Source: Alphaproteobacteria bacterium (GTDB taxonomy: Bacteria > Pseudomonadota > Alphaproteobacteria > ATCC43930 > CGMCC-115725). Taken from it: 29,977 nt of DNA. The stretch's first letter is position 1. Every line of letters begins with the position of its first letter. The position numbers were made by a program, and so were the translations under genes. The stretch spans positions 1 through 29,977 of the forward strand of contig VAZF01000312.1 of assembly GCA_005888425.1 (NCBI GenBank). Reading direction: 5' to 3'. Positions 17,383-27,033 of this stretch are shown piece after piece. The notes beneath the pieces were generated by a model. The model saw only the letters and a list, made by a program, of their open reading frames with translations. It made no database searches and had not been told where the DNA came from.

Positions 17383-20300
17383 TCATTCCGCGGCGTGCTG
17401 TGCCTTTTCGGCGAGGCCAGCGTCGGTGTGCTGCTCCCGCGGGCGGGCCCCCGGACGCAACCGCTCGCGGATGGCCTGGAACGAGACATAGAGCGGCGGG
17501 ATCGCAAAGATGCCGACGAAAGACGCAAGGATCATCCCGCCAAAGACGGGGCTGCCGACGTCGCGCCGCGCCAATTGCGCCGCGCCCGTCGCGACGACGA
17601 GCGGGTATAGGCCGAGGATGAACGCAAACGACGTCATCATGACCGGGCGGAAGCGATCACGCGCCCCATCTATCGCCGCCTGCCGCAACGGTGTGCCCTG
17701 TTCCCGCTTTGCCTTGGCGAACTCGACAATCAAGATGCCGTTTTTTGCCGCGAGGCCGATCAGCACGACCATGCCAATCTGCGCGTAGAGATCGAGCGTC
17801 AGGCCACCAAAGACCATCGCTCCTACAGAGCCCAGGATCCCGATCATCACCGATAGAAGGACCGGTACCGGTATGGTCCAGCTTTCGTAAAGCGCCACCA
17901 GGAACAGATAGGCGAACAGGATCGCAAAGCCGAGGATCAGCGCGGTTTTGCCCTCTGCTCGCTTCTCTTGGAAGGCGGTGTCGGTCCATTCGCCGGCATA
18001 GCCTTGCGGCAGCGTACGGGCGGCAACCTCTTCCATCGCTTTGAGCGCCTGACCCGTAGAGACGCCCGGCGCCGGGCCGCCCTGAATGGTGACCGCTTTG
18101 AGGTTGTTATAGCGGATCTGCGCGGGCGAGCCGACGACGACACGCGGCTCGACGATGCTGCGCAGCGGGATCATCTTGCCCTCATCGCTGCGCACATTGA
18201 TGCGATAGAGGTCATCGATGCCGGCGCGGTCCTGCGCCTCCGCCTGGACCTGGACCTGCCAAGTCCGCCCGAACAGGTTCACATTGTTGACGAAGTACCC
18301 GCCGAGCGAGGCCTGCAACGCCTGGAAAACGCTGCTGAGGGGAACCCCGAGGATCTGCGCCTTGTCGCGGTCGATGTCGAGGTAGATCGATGGGTTTGTC
18401 GCCGAGTAGGTGCTGAAAATGCGGGACAGCTGCGAATCCTGGTTGGCCGCCACTGTCATTCCGCGAACCACCTGCGCGAGTGCCTTTGGATCGCCGCCGC
18501 GCAGATCCTCCAACACATAGGTAAAGCCGCCACCCGTGCCGAGACCGATAATGGGTGGCGGCGCGAGCGGCAGCACCAGACCGCCGCCGAGTTGCCGGAA
18601 CTTTGCGCCGGTCCGGGCAATAATTGCGCCCACACTTGCATCCGCGGCCTTGCGTTCCTCAAACGGCTTGAGGGTCACGACGATGAAGGCGGAATTCGAT
18701 TGCGAGTAGTTGTCGATAAAGTTCAGCCCCACCACCGAGGTGTAATCAGCCACCGCCTCTTCATGTTTCAGAATTTCCTCGGTTCTCTCGACGACCTCCA
18801 CCGTCCGTCCGACCGAAGCGCCGCCCGGCAGCTGGATCACAACAAAAAACGCTCCCTGATCATCTTCCGGCAGGAACCCGGTCGGGGTTACCTTCAACAG
18901 ACTGACGGTACCGAAACCGGCGACGGCAACCATGATGATGCCGATCACCGAAAACCGGAGAATGCGCGCAACTGCCGTTCCATAGGCGTCCCGCACGCGG
19001 TCGATCGAGCGCATCACCATTCCAATCGGCCCTCGACGAGGCCCGTGGTGCGGCCGCAGAAGGACTCCGCAGAGCGCCGGTGACAAGGTCAACGCGTTGA
19101 TCGCGGAGAGGAACATCGAGACGGCAACAGTGACGGCGAATTGCCGGAAGAGCTCTCCAGAAATTCCCGGGATGAACGCGACCGGCACAAACACCGACAG
19201 AAGGACAAGGGTGATCGCGATAATTGGCGCCGTGATCTCGGCCATCGCGCGTTTTGTCGCATCGCCCGGAGACAGCTCCGGGTGCTCCTCCATAACCCGC
19301 TCGACATTTTCGACGACGACGATCGCATCATCGACGACAATGCCGATCGCGAGCACGATCGCGAGCAGCGACACGGTGTTGGCGGAGTAACCGATCGCGT
19401 TGAGCACGATGAAGGTGCCGATCAAGCTGACCGGGACGGCAAGGGTCGGTATCAACGTCGCCCGGAAGCTACCGAGAAACAGATAAACGACCAGCACCAC
19501 CAGAACGAACGCCTCGATCAAGGTCTTCTGGACTTCATGGATCGTGTCCGTGACAAAGGCCGTCGGATCGTAGGTCACGTGCCAGGCAAGATCATCCGGG
19601 AAGCGCTTCTGCAATTCGGTGAGTCGGCCCTCGACGGCTTTCAGCGTCGCGATCGCATTCGCGCCAGGGGTCTGGTAAATCGCGATCGCAGCGGCGGGCG
19701 CGCCGTTGAACCGCGTTTCGCGGTCGAGATTTGCGGCGCCGAGCTCAAGTCGCGCCACATCCCCGAGCCGAAGTACCGAGCCATCCGGATTGGTGCGGAT
19801 CACGATTTTCGAGAACTCTTCGACCGAGGAGAGCCGTCCCTTGGTTTGAATGTTCAGCTGGAGCTGCTGGTCATTCGAAATCGGTCGAGCACCGATACGG
19901 CCCACAGCCGCCTGAACGTTCTGCGACTGAATAGCCTTGATAATGTCGCCGGTCGTCAGGTCGAGCCCGGTCAAACTGTCGGTTCGGACCCATGCGCGCA
20001 TCGCATAATCTTGAGCTCCCCATAGAACGGCATCACCCACGCCCGGCGTGCTCTTCACCTGGTCGAGCAGGTTGATCGTCACGTAGTTGGAAAGAAACAG
20101 CGGGTCATACGTACGCTTTGGCGAATAGACCGCGACGACCGCGAGCAAGGCGGAAGACTTCTTCTTGACCGTTATGCCTTGCCGCTGCACCTCATCAGGG
20201 AGGCTCGGCAACGCGATTTGCACGCGGTTGTTGACGTTGACAGCGTTGATATCGGGATCCGTGCCGAGCTCAAAAGAACAAATCAGGGTGTAACTACCAT

Positions 20301-20556
20301 CGTCGCCGCTGACGCTCTTCATGTAGATCATCTTGTCGACCCCGACGACTTGCGCCTCGATCGCCTGGGCGACCGTCGCCTCGACGACCCCAGAATTGGC
20401 GCCGGGATACATCGTGGTAACTTGGACCTGCGGCGGGACGATGTCGGGGTATTGCGCGAGCGGGATCACGAACAGCGACACGAAACCGGCAATCGTCGTA
20501 ATCAGGGCAATGACGATTGCGAGCCGTGGCCGGTCTACAAAAATGGCGGAGAACAT
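17383..20556 (-). CDS. RND efflux permease (HAE1/AcrB family)
   Basis: 1057 aa. [10 protein letters not shown] start, [26 protein letters not shown] and RFRPVMMTS, so the proton-relay residues are intact. Confidence 0.95.
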   Translation of the reverse strand: MFSAIFVDRPRLAIVIALITTIAGFVSLFVIPLAQYPDIVPPQVQVTTMYPGANSGVVEATVAQAIEAQVVGVDKMIYMKSVSGDDGSYTLICSFELGTDPDINAVNVNNRVQIALPSLPDEVQRQGITVKKKSSALLAVVAVYSPKRTYDPLFLSNYVTINLLDQVKSTPGVGDAVLWGAQDYAMRAWVRTDSLTGLDLTTGDIIKAIQSQNVQAAVGRIGARPISNDQQLQLNIQTKGRLSSVEEFSKIVIRTNPDGSVLRLGDVARLELGAANLDRETRFNGAPAAAIAIYQTPGANAIATLKAVEGRLTELQKRFPDDLAWHVTYDPTAFVTDTIHEVQKTLIEAFVLVVLVVYLFLGSFRATLIPTLAVPVSLIGTFIVLNAIGYSANTVSLLAIVLAIGIVVDDAIVVVENVERVMEEHPELSPGDATKRAMAEITAPIIAITLVLLSVFVPVAFIPGISGELFRQFAVTVAVSMFLSAINALTLSPALCGVLLRPHHGPRRGPIGMVMRSIDRVRDAYGTAVARILRFSVIGIIMVAVAGFGTVSLLKVTPTGFLPEDDQGAFFVVIQLPGGASVGRTVEVVERTEEILKHEEAVADYTSVVGLNFIDNYSQSNSAFIVVTLKPFEERKAADASVGAIIARTGAKFRQLGGGLVLPLAPPPIIGLGTGGGFTYVLEDLRGGDPKALAQVVRGMTVAANQDSQLSRIFSTYSATNPSIYLDIDRDKAQILGVPLSSVFQALQASLGGYFVNNVNLFGRTWQVQVQAEAQDRAGIDDLYRINVRSDEGKMIPLRSIVEPRVVVGSPAQIRYNNLKAVTIQGGPAPGVSTGQALKAMEEVAARTLPQGYAGEWTDTAFQEKRAEGKTALILGFAILFAYLFLVALYESWTIPVPVLLSVMIGILGSVGAMVFGGLTLDLYAQIGMVVLIGLAAKNGILIVEFAKAKREQGTPLRQAAIDGARDRFRPVMMTSFAFILGLYPLVVATGAAQLARRDVGSPVFGGMILASFVGIFAIPPLYVSFQAIRERLRPGARPREQHTDAGLAEKAQHAAE

Positions 20557-20560
20557 CGAT

Positions 20561-21550
20561 CTAGCCCCGGGTCAAGGCTGGCGTCGCTGGGTTGGCTTTC
20601 ACCTCCATACCAGACCGGATCGTCTGCAGTCCTTCGACGATGATCTGTTCGCCGCCGGATAAGCCGTCCGTCACAATCATATCTTCACCGTTGGGTCCGC
20701 CGGTCTTGATGCGTCGGATCGCCACCTTTCCAGAGTCGACGATGAAGACGTAGACGCCCTGCTGATCCGTAATCAGGGCGGCCTGAGGCACCACGACCTG
20801 GTCTTCGGGCTTACCGGTCTCGAGGTTGACCGTCACCAATTGGCCGTCGATCAAAACACCTGAGGGGTTTGGAAAAACGGCGCGCACCTGTACGGTGTCC
20901 GTCGCGCGGTCGACCGTCACATCGACAAAGTCGATTTGCCCCAGCGGATCGTAAGTTGACCCGTCAGGAAACCGCAACCGTGCTTTTATACCGGCAATTT
21001 CGGTCGTATGACCCGCCTCCCGCGCGCGCGTGAGCTGGCGTTGGCTCACCGGAAAGAGGACATACATCGGGTCTTGGCTGACGATCGTCGTCAACGTGCC
21101 GCTCTGCGGGCTGACGACGTTTCCCTTCGTGATCGTCGTACGACCGATTTTTCCGGAAATCGGCGAGGCGATTTCGGTCTTCATTAACTGATCGGCCCGC
21201 TGATACTGGATTGCCGTCAGCAGCTTTTTTGCCTCGCCCGCTACCAAGGCTCCTTGCGCCTGGTCGACAGCGGCCTGAAACAAATCCTTTTCGAGTCGAT
21301 AGAGGGGCTGCCCCTCCTTGACAATCTCGCCCTCCTTGAACAGTACATTTTCGAGATATCCGGTAACCCGCGCGTGAACCTCGACGCGGTCGATCGCCTG
21401 GATCCGCCCGACGAAGTCAACTGTCTTCGTGATGGGCTTTCGCTCGGCGGCGACCGTCCCGACGGGCACGACCGTAGGTGCGGGCTGCTGCGCCAAAGCA
21501 GAAGCGGTGAACCCGCAGATCAGGACGGCAGCTGTGATCGAAACGCGCAT
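20561..21550 (-). CDS. RND periplasmic adaptor (membrane fusion protein) with an internally shortened alpha-hairpin
   Basis: AAGGA RBS, ATG 21550, signal peptide, lipoyl halves ARVTGYL...FKEG and SPISGKIG. Only about 41 aa lie between LYRLE and SPISG. Confidence 0.88.
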   Translation of the reverse strand: MRVSITAAVLICGFTASALAQQPAPTVVPVGTVAAERKPITKTVDFVGRIQAIDRVEVHARVTGYLENVLFKEGEIVKEGQPLYRLEKDLFQAAVDQAQGALVAGEAKKLLTAIQYQRADQLMKTEIASPISGKIGRTTITKGNVVSPQSGTLTTIVSQDPMYVLFPVSQRQLTRAREAGHTTEIAGIKARLRFPDGSTYDPLGQIDFVDVTVDRATDTVQVRAVFPNPSGVLIDGQLVTVNLETGKPEDQVVVPQAALITDQQGVYVFIVDSGKVAIRRIKTGGPNGEDMIVTDGLSGGEQIIVEGLQTIRSGMEVKANPATPALTRG

Positions 21551-21674
21551 CGCGGTTTCCTTCTTCGCCAAGGCGGCCCTGCCGGATGCCGGCGTGGCGC
21601 CATCAATCGATAACTTCGACCTTGGCCCAACTGGAGCGCCATTGGATGCGACTGCCGCGGATATTGCGCACACC

Positions 21675-22946
21675 CTATACAGGCGTCGTTTCCAAGAGAG
21701 GCGGAGCCTTATGCCAGGCAGATCCCTGCCGTCCTTTCGCATAGCCATAGTCGAACAAGGCGCGGAGATACGCCGGATCAAATTCTTCGTGCTTCATGTC
21801 CGGGAAATCGGGTTCGATATAGGCGAGGTTGTAATCGACGCCGTCGCGCTTGGTCGTCGCATAGATGCGGATGATGTCGTTGTAGCCGCTGTAATGGATC
21901 ATCGTCGAAATAGCGCGGCCGACGATCTTCAGAAAGCGGCGGTCGACCTTCGCCCAATCGGGATCGAGCCGGCCATTGCGCACAATATAGGCGTGCCGCT
22001 GGCGGGCGTGCTCTGCGGACCGCAAATCAACGCGTAGCCCTGTGTCGGGCGGATAAAGGAATGTCTGCACTACGGCGCCGCCATCGACGTTCATTTCCTG
22101 ATAGCGCCGGCCGGCGGCATCGACCTCGATCATGACCGGCGGGAAGGCGCCAGGTATTGCAGCGGACGCGAGTAGCACCTTGCGGGTGAGTTCGAGCGCT
22201 CCCGGGTGGCCCGAGCCCGCGATTGCACCCAAGTTCCAGATGACCGGGCGCTGTTCGTCGAGACTCGTCGTTCCGATCAGCAACAACCGGCCCCTCGCGT
22301 ATTCGCGCGCGATATCGGCGAGCATTTGCTGGTCGACATAGCGCGAGATCAGTCGGGCGAGTGGTTCTGTATCCGCGAGCGCTTCGCCGAAGAGCGCTCC
22401 AAACAGACCTGCATCTTCCGAAATATCCTCCGGCTTGATCGTCGTATACAGCGTACGGAGGCGACCGATATAGGCCCCCCCGAGGAAGGCGAAAGGCGCG
22501 ATCATTGAACCGGTGCTGACGCCGGTCACCAGTTTGGAAGTCGGCATCTTGCCGCTATCTGACCAGCCGCAAATCAGGCCGGCACCGAATGCGCCGTCGT
22601 CACCTCCACCGGAGACCGCCAGAAAATTTGCAGGAGAAAGGTTGACCGTCGAACCTCCGCTCGAACCGCTGGTGATGCGAGCTGCCGCGCGTTCCCGTTC
22701 TAAAGCCTGAACCCCTTCGCGAAGGAGCGCCTCTCCTTGTGTGTCGGGCCAGAAACGTCCGTTCTGAATGCCGAGGACGGTGACCTGATCGGCTACGGCG
22801 GGCGGCATCGGAGCGCCTCGCTCGAGCGTGGAACAGCCGCTTGCCAGTGACAACCCAGAGACTGCCAGACCGATAAGTCCTCGTCGGTCGAGGCGTGGCA
22901 TGTCGCGACCGTCAGCGCCGGTCAGTGCCAACGCCCGGAACTTCAT
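21675..22946 (-). CDS. Patatin-like phospholipase, probable Tat lipoprotein
   Basis: SGGGDDGAFGAG, GVSTG and VDGG motifs. N-terminal DRRGLIG plus LASGC lipobox. Start ATG 22946 (GGAG RBS) or ATG 22901. Confidence 0.85.
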   Translation of the reverse strand: MKFRALALTGADGRDMPRLDRRGLIGLAVSGLSLASGCSTLERGAPMPPAVADQVTVLGIQNGRFWPDTQGEALLREGVQALERERAAARITSGSSGGSTVNLSPANFLAVSGGGDDGAFGAGLICGWSDSGKMPTSKLVTGVSTGSMIAPFAFLGGAYIGRLRTLYTTIKPEDISEDAGLFGALFGEALADTEPLARLISRYVDQQMLADIAREYARGRLLLIGTTSLDEQRPVIWNLGAIAGSGHPGALELTRKVLLASAAIPGAFPPVMIEVDAAGRRYQEMNVDGGAVVQTFLYPPDTGLRVDLRSAEHARQRHAYIVRNGRLDPDWAKVDRRFLKIVGRAISTMIHYSGYNDIIRIYATTKRDGVDYNLAYIEPDFPDMKHEEFDPAYLRALFDYGYAKGRQGSAWHKAPPLLETTPV

Positions 22947-23061
22947 GTCTGAAACTCCGATATTGAGGCTCGAGTACGACTTCCGATGGGCGGTGGGGAG
23001 AGGCACTGATTTACCAGACGCAAATGAAGCCTCTGCCCCGCCGGCCACATCTCGATGAGCG

Positions 23062-23868
23062 CTATTCCTGCACCACTACGACAACCGCGCGGTTCGTCCG
23101 GAGCCGCACCTGGTCGGCAGTCCGCGTGATTTGCGGATCCTCACCCTTCGCCTGAGTGTAGACCCGCGTCGGAACAATGCCCGCCCCGACCAAATAGTCG
23201 CGCACCGCCGACGAGCGCTTGGCCGAAAGCTCGATATTGGTATCTTCCTTGCCGACCGAGTCGGTGTGTCCGAACAGCCAGATATTGGCATAGCGGCACT
23301 TCCATGCCCGGGTGATCTGATCGAGAACGGCTCGGCTGTCCTGGTTGACCCAGGTCTTGTTGAAACCGAATTCGACGATATAGGCGCGCGGCGCATTGAC
23401 GACTTGGTCCGGCATCTTGATTGTCATGCCCTGCGCGCCGAAGCCGAGGTCGAGACCCGTCGTTTCGGATTTCAGGTTCATTGTGACGTTGTTTCTGCGG
23501 TTCTTCATCGAGATGCCGCCGGCGCCGGCGAGGAGCGTCACGTTGCCCTCGGTGGCCCCGTAGTCACCGCTCAAATCCGCGACCCTCGTCATACCGGCGA
23601 TCGGCCCCGTGGCACGTGCGTGGGACACGCCCACCTTTATGCCGGCGCCGAAGCCATCGACCTTGAACGCGTAGGCGCAGTTCGTCCCCAAATTCGGGAG
23701 CCTCAGCACGCCTTCGCCCGATTGACCGCCAAGGCCGAGGCTCACCGAAGTGGTTTCCATCTCGATCCAGGGCGTGTTCTCTGCTTGCGCCGTCTGGGCG
23801 ATCGCGGTGCCGCCGGCAGTCAATGCCAACACCGCTGTGGCTGAAGCGAGTATCATCGTCAAACGCAT
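23062..23868 (-). CDS. Secreted two-domain protein: Gly-rich beta domain plus OmpA-like peptidoglycan-binding domain
   Basis: Signal peptide (AIA-Q). C-terminal FGFNK...GHTDSVG...NIELSAKRSSAVRDYL...GE...NR motif. GGGAG RBS. Confidence 0.82.
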   Translation of the reverse strand: MRLTMILASATAVLALTAGGTAIAQTAQAENTPWIEMETTSVSLGLGGQSGEGVLRLPNLGTNCAYAFKVDGFGAGIKVGVSHARATGPIAGMTRVADLSGDYGATEGNVTLLAGAGGISMKNRRNNVTMNLKSETTGLDLGFGAQGMTIKMPDQVVNAPRAYIVEFGFNKTWVNQDSRAVLDQITRAWKCRYANIWLFGHTDSVGKEDTNIELSAKRSSAVRDYLVGAGIVPTRVYTQAKGEDPQITRTADQVRLRTNRAVVVVVQE

Positions 23869-23966
23869 GACCGTAATCTCCCTATGCTTTGGGCAGAGCT
23901 TCGCTGGCGGCTATGCAATACCTGCTCCTCGTACCACCCTCCGGAACGAGGGAAGCCGAACGGGCG

Positions 23967-23980
23967 TTGATGCAGATCAA
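23967..23980. promoter_or_regulatory. Perfect FNR/FixK box between the divergent OmpA-domain gene and ppk2
   Basis: TTGAT-GCAG-ATCAA, 10/10, 80 bp from ATG 24060 and 99 bp from ATG 23868. Confidence 0.85.
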
Positions 23981-24059
23981 TGCGGCGCCGGGCCTGAGAA
24001 CGACCTTGGCCATCGTAGGCTGTGCGCCGATACCTCCGACCTCCCAACCCTCCTGGCAG

Positions 24060-24836
24060 ATGATGAAGCCCAAGAAGTACTCCGAAGAGCTGCGACGCCT
24101 GCAAACGGGACTCTGCAAGCTGCAGGAGTGGGTCAAGTACAAAGGGTTGCGCATTGTCGTCATATTCGAGGGCCGCGACGCGGCCGGCAAAGGCGGCACG
24201 ATCAAAGCCCTCACCGAGCGGGTGAGCCCCCGTGTGTTCCGCGTGGCCGCTTTACCGGCGCCGTCCGACCGCGAAAAAACACAAATGTATTTTCAGCGGT
24301 ATATGCCGCACTTCCCGGCCGCCGGCGAGATCGTCATCTTCGATCGCAGTTATTACAACCGTGCCGGCGTCGAGCATGTCATGGGTTTTTGCACGCCGGA
24401 GCAGCACCGCGGCTTTCTTGCGCTGGTCCCTTTCGTCGAACGGATCATGGTCGAGGGCGGCTTGATATTGATCAAGTACTGGCTTGAGGTCGGCAAAGAG
24501 GAGCAAGCGCGCCGTTTCGCGGCCCGCGTCGACGATCCGCTGCGGCAATGGAAGCTGAGTCCGATGGATGTCGAGGCATGGCGCCGATGGGACGAATATA
24601 CTCGTGCCCGCGACGAGATGCTGTTGTCGACCGATACGCCGCACGCACCCTGGTACATCGTCCGTTCAGACGACAAAAAAACGGCGCGCCTCAACTGCAT
24701 CTCGCATCTGCTGAGCCTCGTTCCGACAGAGGATGTGCCGCGCGAAAAGATAAAACTCCCCAAGCGGCCGGCCAAAGACAAATACGACCCCGAAGCAGGA
24801 CTCGCGGGTCGTAAGTTCGTGCCCGAGCTGCATTGA
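24060..24836 (+). CDS. ppk2: Polyphosphate kinase 2, single-domain
   Basis: FEGRDAAGKGG (Walker A), FDRSYYNR (Walker B) and QWKLSPMD. The start is placed at MMKPKKY because longer starts overlap the FNR box; no clear RBS. Confidence 0.92.
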   Translation: MMKPKKYSEELRRLQTGLCKLQEWVKYKGLRIVVIFEGRDAAGKGGTIKALTERVSPRVFRVAALPAPSDREKTQMYFQRYMPHFPAAGEIVIFDRSYYNRAGVEHVMGFCTPEQHRGFLALVPFVERIMVEGGLILIKYWLEVGKEEQARRFAARVDDPLRQWKLSPMDVEAWRRWDEYTRARDEMLLSTDTPHAPWYIVRSDDKKTARLNCISHLLSLVPTEDVPREKIKLPKRPAKDKYDPEAGLAGRKFVPELH

Positions 24837-24867
24837 TCCGGATTCGGCGGACGATCCAGGGGATGAA

Positions 24868-24881
24868 TTGATCTATGTCAC
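24868..24881. promoter_or_regulatory. Degenerate FNR/FixK box
   Basis: TTGAT-CTAT-GTCAC, 8/10 match, 63 bp upstream of ATG 24944. Confidence 0.5.
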
Positions 24882-24943
24882 TGCACGCCAGTGCTTAACG
24901 CGGCATTTGCGCGCTTTTGAGTAAGCAATTGGGGAGGGCAAAG

Positions 24944-25306
24944 ATGGATGAGGTGATCCGGCCCGACGACCTGCGAAAAGCAGCGCAGGCAAAAGAAGTG
25001 GAGCGGGCGCAGCAGATTGTCGAAGCCGATCGGCGCCGCGCCGACGAACGCCGGCAACTGCAAGAAGCGTTCATGAACCGGCAGATCCAGGCTGATGGCA
25101 AAGACCGACTGCATAAAGCATTGCTGATGGCAGCAGAGCGCGGCGAGACGCACCTCCAGGTTTTCACGTTCCCGAGTGAATTATGCACCGATGGCGGGCG
25201 CGCGATTAACAACGGCGACCCGCACTGGCCCGATACGCTGGTCGGGTATGCCAAGCGCGCATATGAATTTTATAAGGCTGAGCTTCAGCCGCAAGGGGTC
25301 GGCTGA
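24944..25306 (+). CDS. Conserved hypothetical protein (FPSELCTDGGRAINN...W motif), possibly C-terminally truncated
   Basis: GGAGGG RBS before ATG 24944. Helical N-terminus, then a motif I recognise from an uncharacterised alphaproteobacterial family. Confidence 0.72.
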   Translation: MDEVIRPDDLRKAAQAKEVERAQQIVEADRRRADERRQLQEAFMNRQIQADGKDRLHKALLMAAERGETHLQVFTFPSELCTDGGRAINNGDPHWPDTLVGYAKRAYEFYKAELQPQGVG

Positions 25307-25341
25307 TCCGGTTTAGCACGACGCGAACTTGGTGCTCAGTC

Positions 25342-26190
25342 ATGAATCGTCCATGGTCGGCGCGGCTCATCACGGCGGTCCTGATGGCCGCGTTCGCATC
25401 GGCGGTCCTGGAAGATATGCCGGCGCTCAGTTCCGGTCGCCAGTTTGGCTCGCTTCATATTCAATTGCAGGCCGGTATCGACGAGCGATATCCCAGGCTG
25501 GATCTCGCAGCGCTGAACGGTGATGGCGGAGCGGCGGGCGCGACCGAAGCGCGGCAGCTAAACGACTTGGCGCTTCTGTACCAGAACCAAGGCCGATACG
25601 CCGACGCCGAGCCGCTCTATCAGCGCAGTCTGGCCATGCTTCAGAAGATGCTCGGGCCAAATCATCCCGCGGTCGCGGCAACGCTCGGTAACCTCGCGGC
25701 CCTATATGAGGAAGAAGGTCGATACGCCGAGGCCGAGGGGCTCTGCCAGCGCAGCGTCGAGATCCTGGAACGGGCGCTTGGACCAGATCATATGGCTGTC
25801 GCGGTCGGCCTGCGTAACCTGGCCCTCGTCTACGAGCATCAGAGCCGTGACTCGGACGCGGAGCCACTATACCGACGCGCGCTCGGCATTCTCGAGCAGA
25901 ATCTGCCGCCGGAGCATTTTGGGACCGCCAGCATCCTCAACAATCTGGCGCGGCTCTATTACAGGCGCGCGCGGTACACCGAGGCGGAACCGCTGTATCT
26001 CCGCAGCCTGGCAATTCTGGAAAAGACGCTCGGGTCGGACCATCCCGCCGTAGCGGAGAGCCTGCGTAATATTGCCGATCTTTATCGCGCCGAGGGGCGC
26101 GCTGGCGAAGCCGAAGCGCTTGATCAACGAAGCGTCGTGATCCGTCGAGCGGCGCACGGATCCTCTAAGACCTGCAATGATTGCCCTTGA
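25342..26190 (+). CDS. Tetratricopeptide-repeat protein (42-aa, kinesin-light-chain-like repeats) with a putative signal peptide
   Basis: Five LxNLAxLY...GRYxEAExLYxRxLxI.E..LGxxH repeats and a hydrophobic N-terminus. Confidence 0.85.
   Translation: MNRPWSARLITAVLMAAFASAVLEDMPALSSGRQFGSLHIQLQAGIDERYPRLDLAALNGDGGAAGATEARQLNDLALLYQNQGRYADAEPLYQRSLAMLQKMLGPNHPAVAATLGNLAALYEEEGRYAEAEGLCQRSVEILERALGPDHMAVAVGLRNLALVYEHQSRDSDAEPLYRRALGILEQNLPPEHFGTASILNNLARLYYRRARYTEAEPLYLRSLAILEKTLGSDHPAVAESLRNIADLYRAEGRAGEAEALDQRSVVIRRAAHGSSKTCNDCP
25549..26160 (+). repeat. Intragenic 126-bp-period degenerate repeats encoding the TPR units
   Basis: CGATACGCCGA occurs at 25594 and 25720 (126 bp apart), and GAxGCGGAxCC variants continue at the same period. 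Confidence 0.7.
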
Positions 26191-26244
26191 CGCGGCGAGT
26201 GCACCGCCTCTTGACGATCGTATGCGCCCAGCAAGGCCCCTTCG

Positions 26245-26973
26245 ATGTCGATCGCCTGCCCGTCGCTGATCGGCAACCACTACCCGGAATTGTGCGCGGC
26301 GGTCGATCACTATTGTGAGCGAACCAGTTCAGCGTTTGACGCCGAACCCATCAACGCGCTGACGAATGCAGCGTTTTTGATTGCGGCATGGAGCGCATGG
26401 CGGCTTCAGCTCAGCTATCCCCTCGGAAACGGGCGCGGTCTGATTAACGGCCTGATCGGGACGATGGCGCTGGTTGGTCTCGGCAGCTTTCTGTTTCACA
26501 CCGTCGCGACGCGTTGGGCTGAATGGGCCGACGTGCTGCCGATCATGCTGTTCATGCTGCTTTATCTCTGGCTGGTCCTCACGCGGTTTTTTGGCTGGCC
26601 GCCCGGGCTCAAATTGGCCGTCTTGGGAGCATATTTTGCTGTGACTGCTTATCTAGAAGCGGCAGTTTCCGCGACCGTGCTGTGGGGCGGCGCGCTCTAT
26701 GTGCCAACCCTCCTTCTGATGCTGGTGATCGGCATGGTGCTGTATCGGCGACGGTTGCGAGGGGCTGGGGCGTTCCTCGCCGCGATGGCCGTGTTTCTCG
26801 CCTCATTTAGCGCGCGAACGCTCGATGCGAGGCTCTGCTCGGCATTTCCAGTCGGCACGCATTTCATCTGGCATCTTCTGAATGCGACGCTCCTTTTCAT
26901 TCTCGTCAGAGCGGCCATCGTGCACTCCGCACCAATCGCCGACGCTCGTCGCGTCCATTCACCTATTCGTTAG
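26245..26973 (+). CDS. Ceramidase-domain membrane protein (alkaline ceramidase/CREST-like)
   Basis: DHYCERT...AEPINALTNAAF, GSFLFHT...ADVLPI and GTHFIWHLLN, matching the SxxxH, D and HxxxH metal-site pattern, in a multi-pass protein. Confidence 0.8.
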   Translation: MSIACPSLIGNHYPELCAAVDHYCERTSSAFDAEPINALTNAAFLIAAWSAWRLQLSYPLGNGRGLINGLIGTMALVGLGSFLFHTVATRWAEWADVLPIMLFMLLYLWLVLTRFFGWPPGLKLAVLGAYFAVTAYLEAAVSATVLWGGALYVPTLLLMLVIGMVLYRRRLRGAGAFLAAMAVFLASFSARTLDARLCSAFPVGTHFIWHLLNATLLFILVRAAIVHSAPIADARRVHSPIR

Positions 26974-27033
26974 CCGGGCTTCCAAGCACGAGGCGGCGCC
27001 CTAATCAGGCGAGAGATTTCTTCGCGACACTTC

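Noticed and set aside
25549-26160. 126-bp periodicity as a CRISPR array or non-coding tandem repeat
   Set aside because: The repeats are degenerate, in frame and encode TPR units. There are no unique spacers or cas genes.
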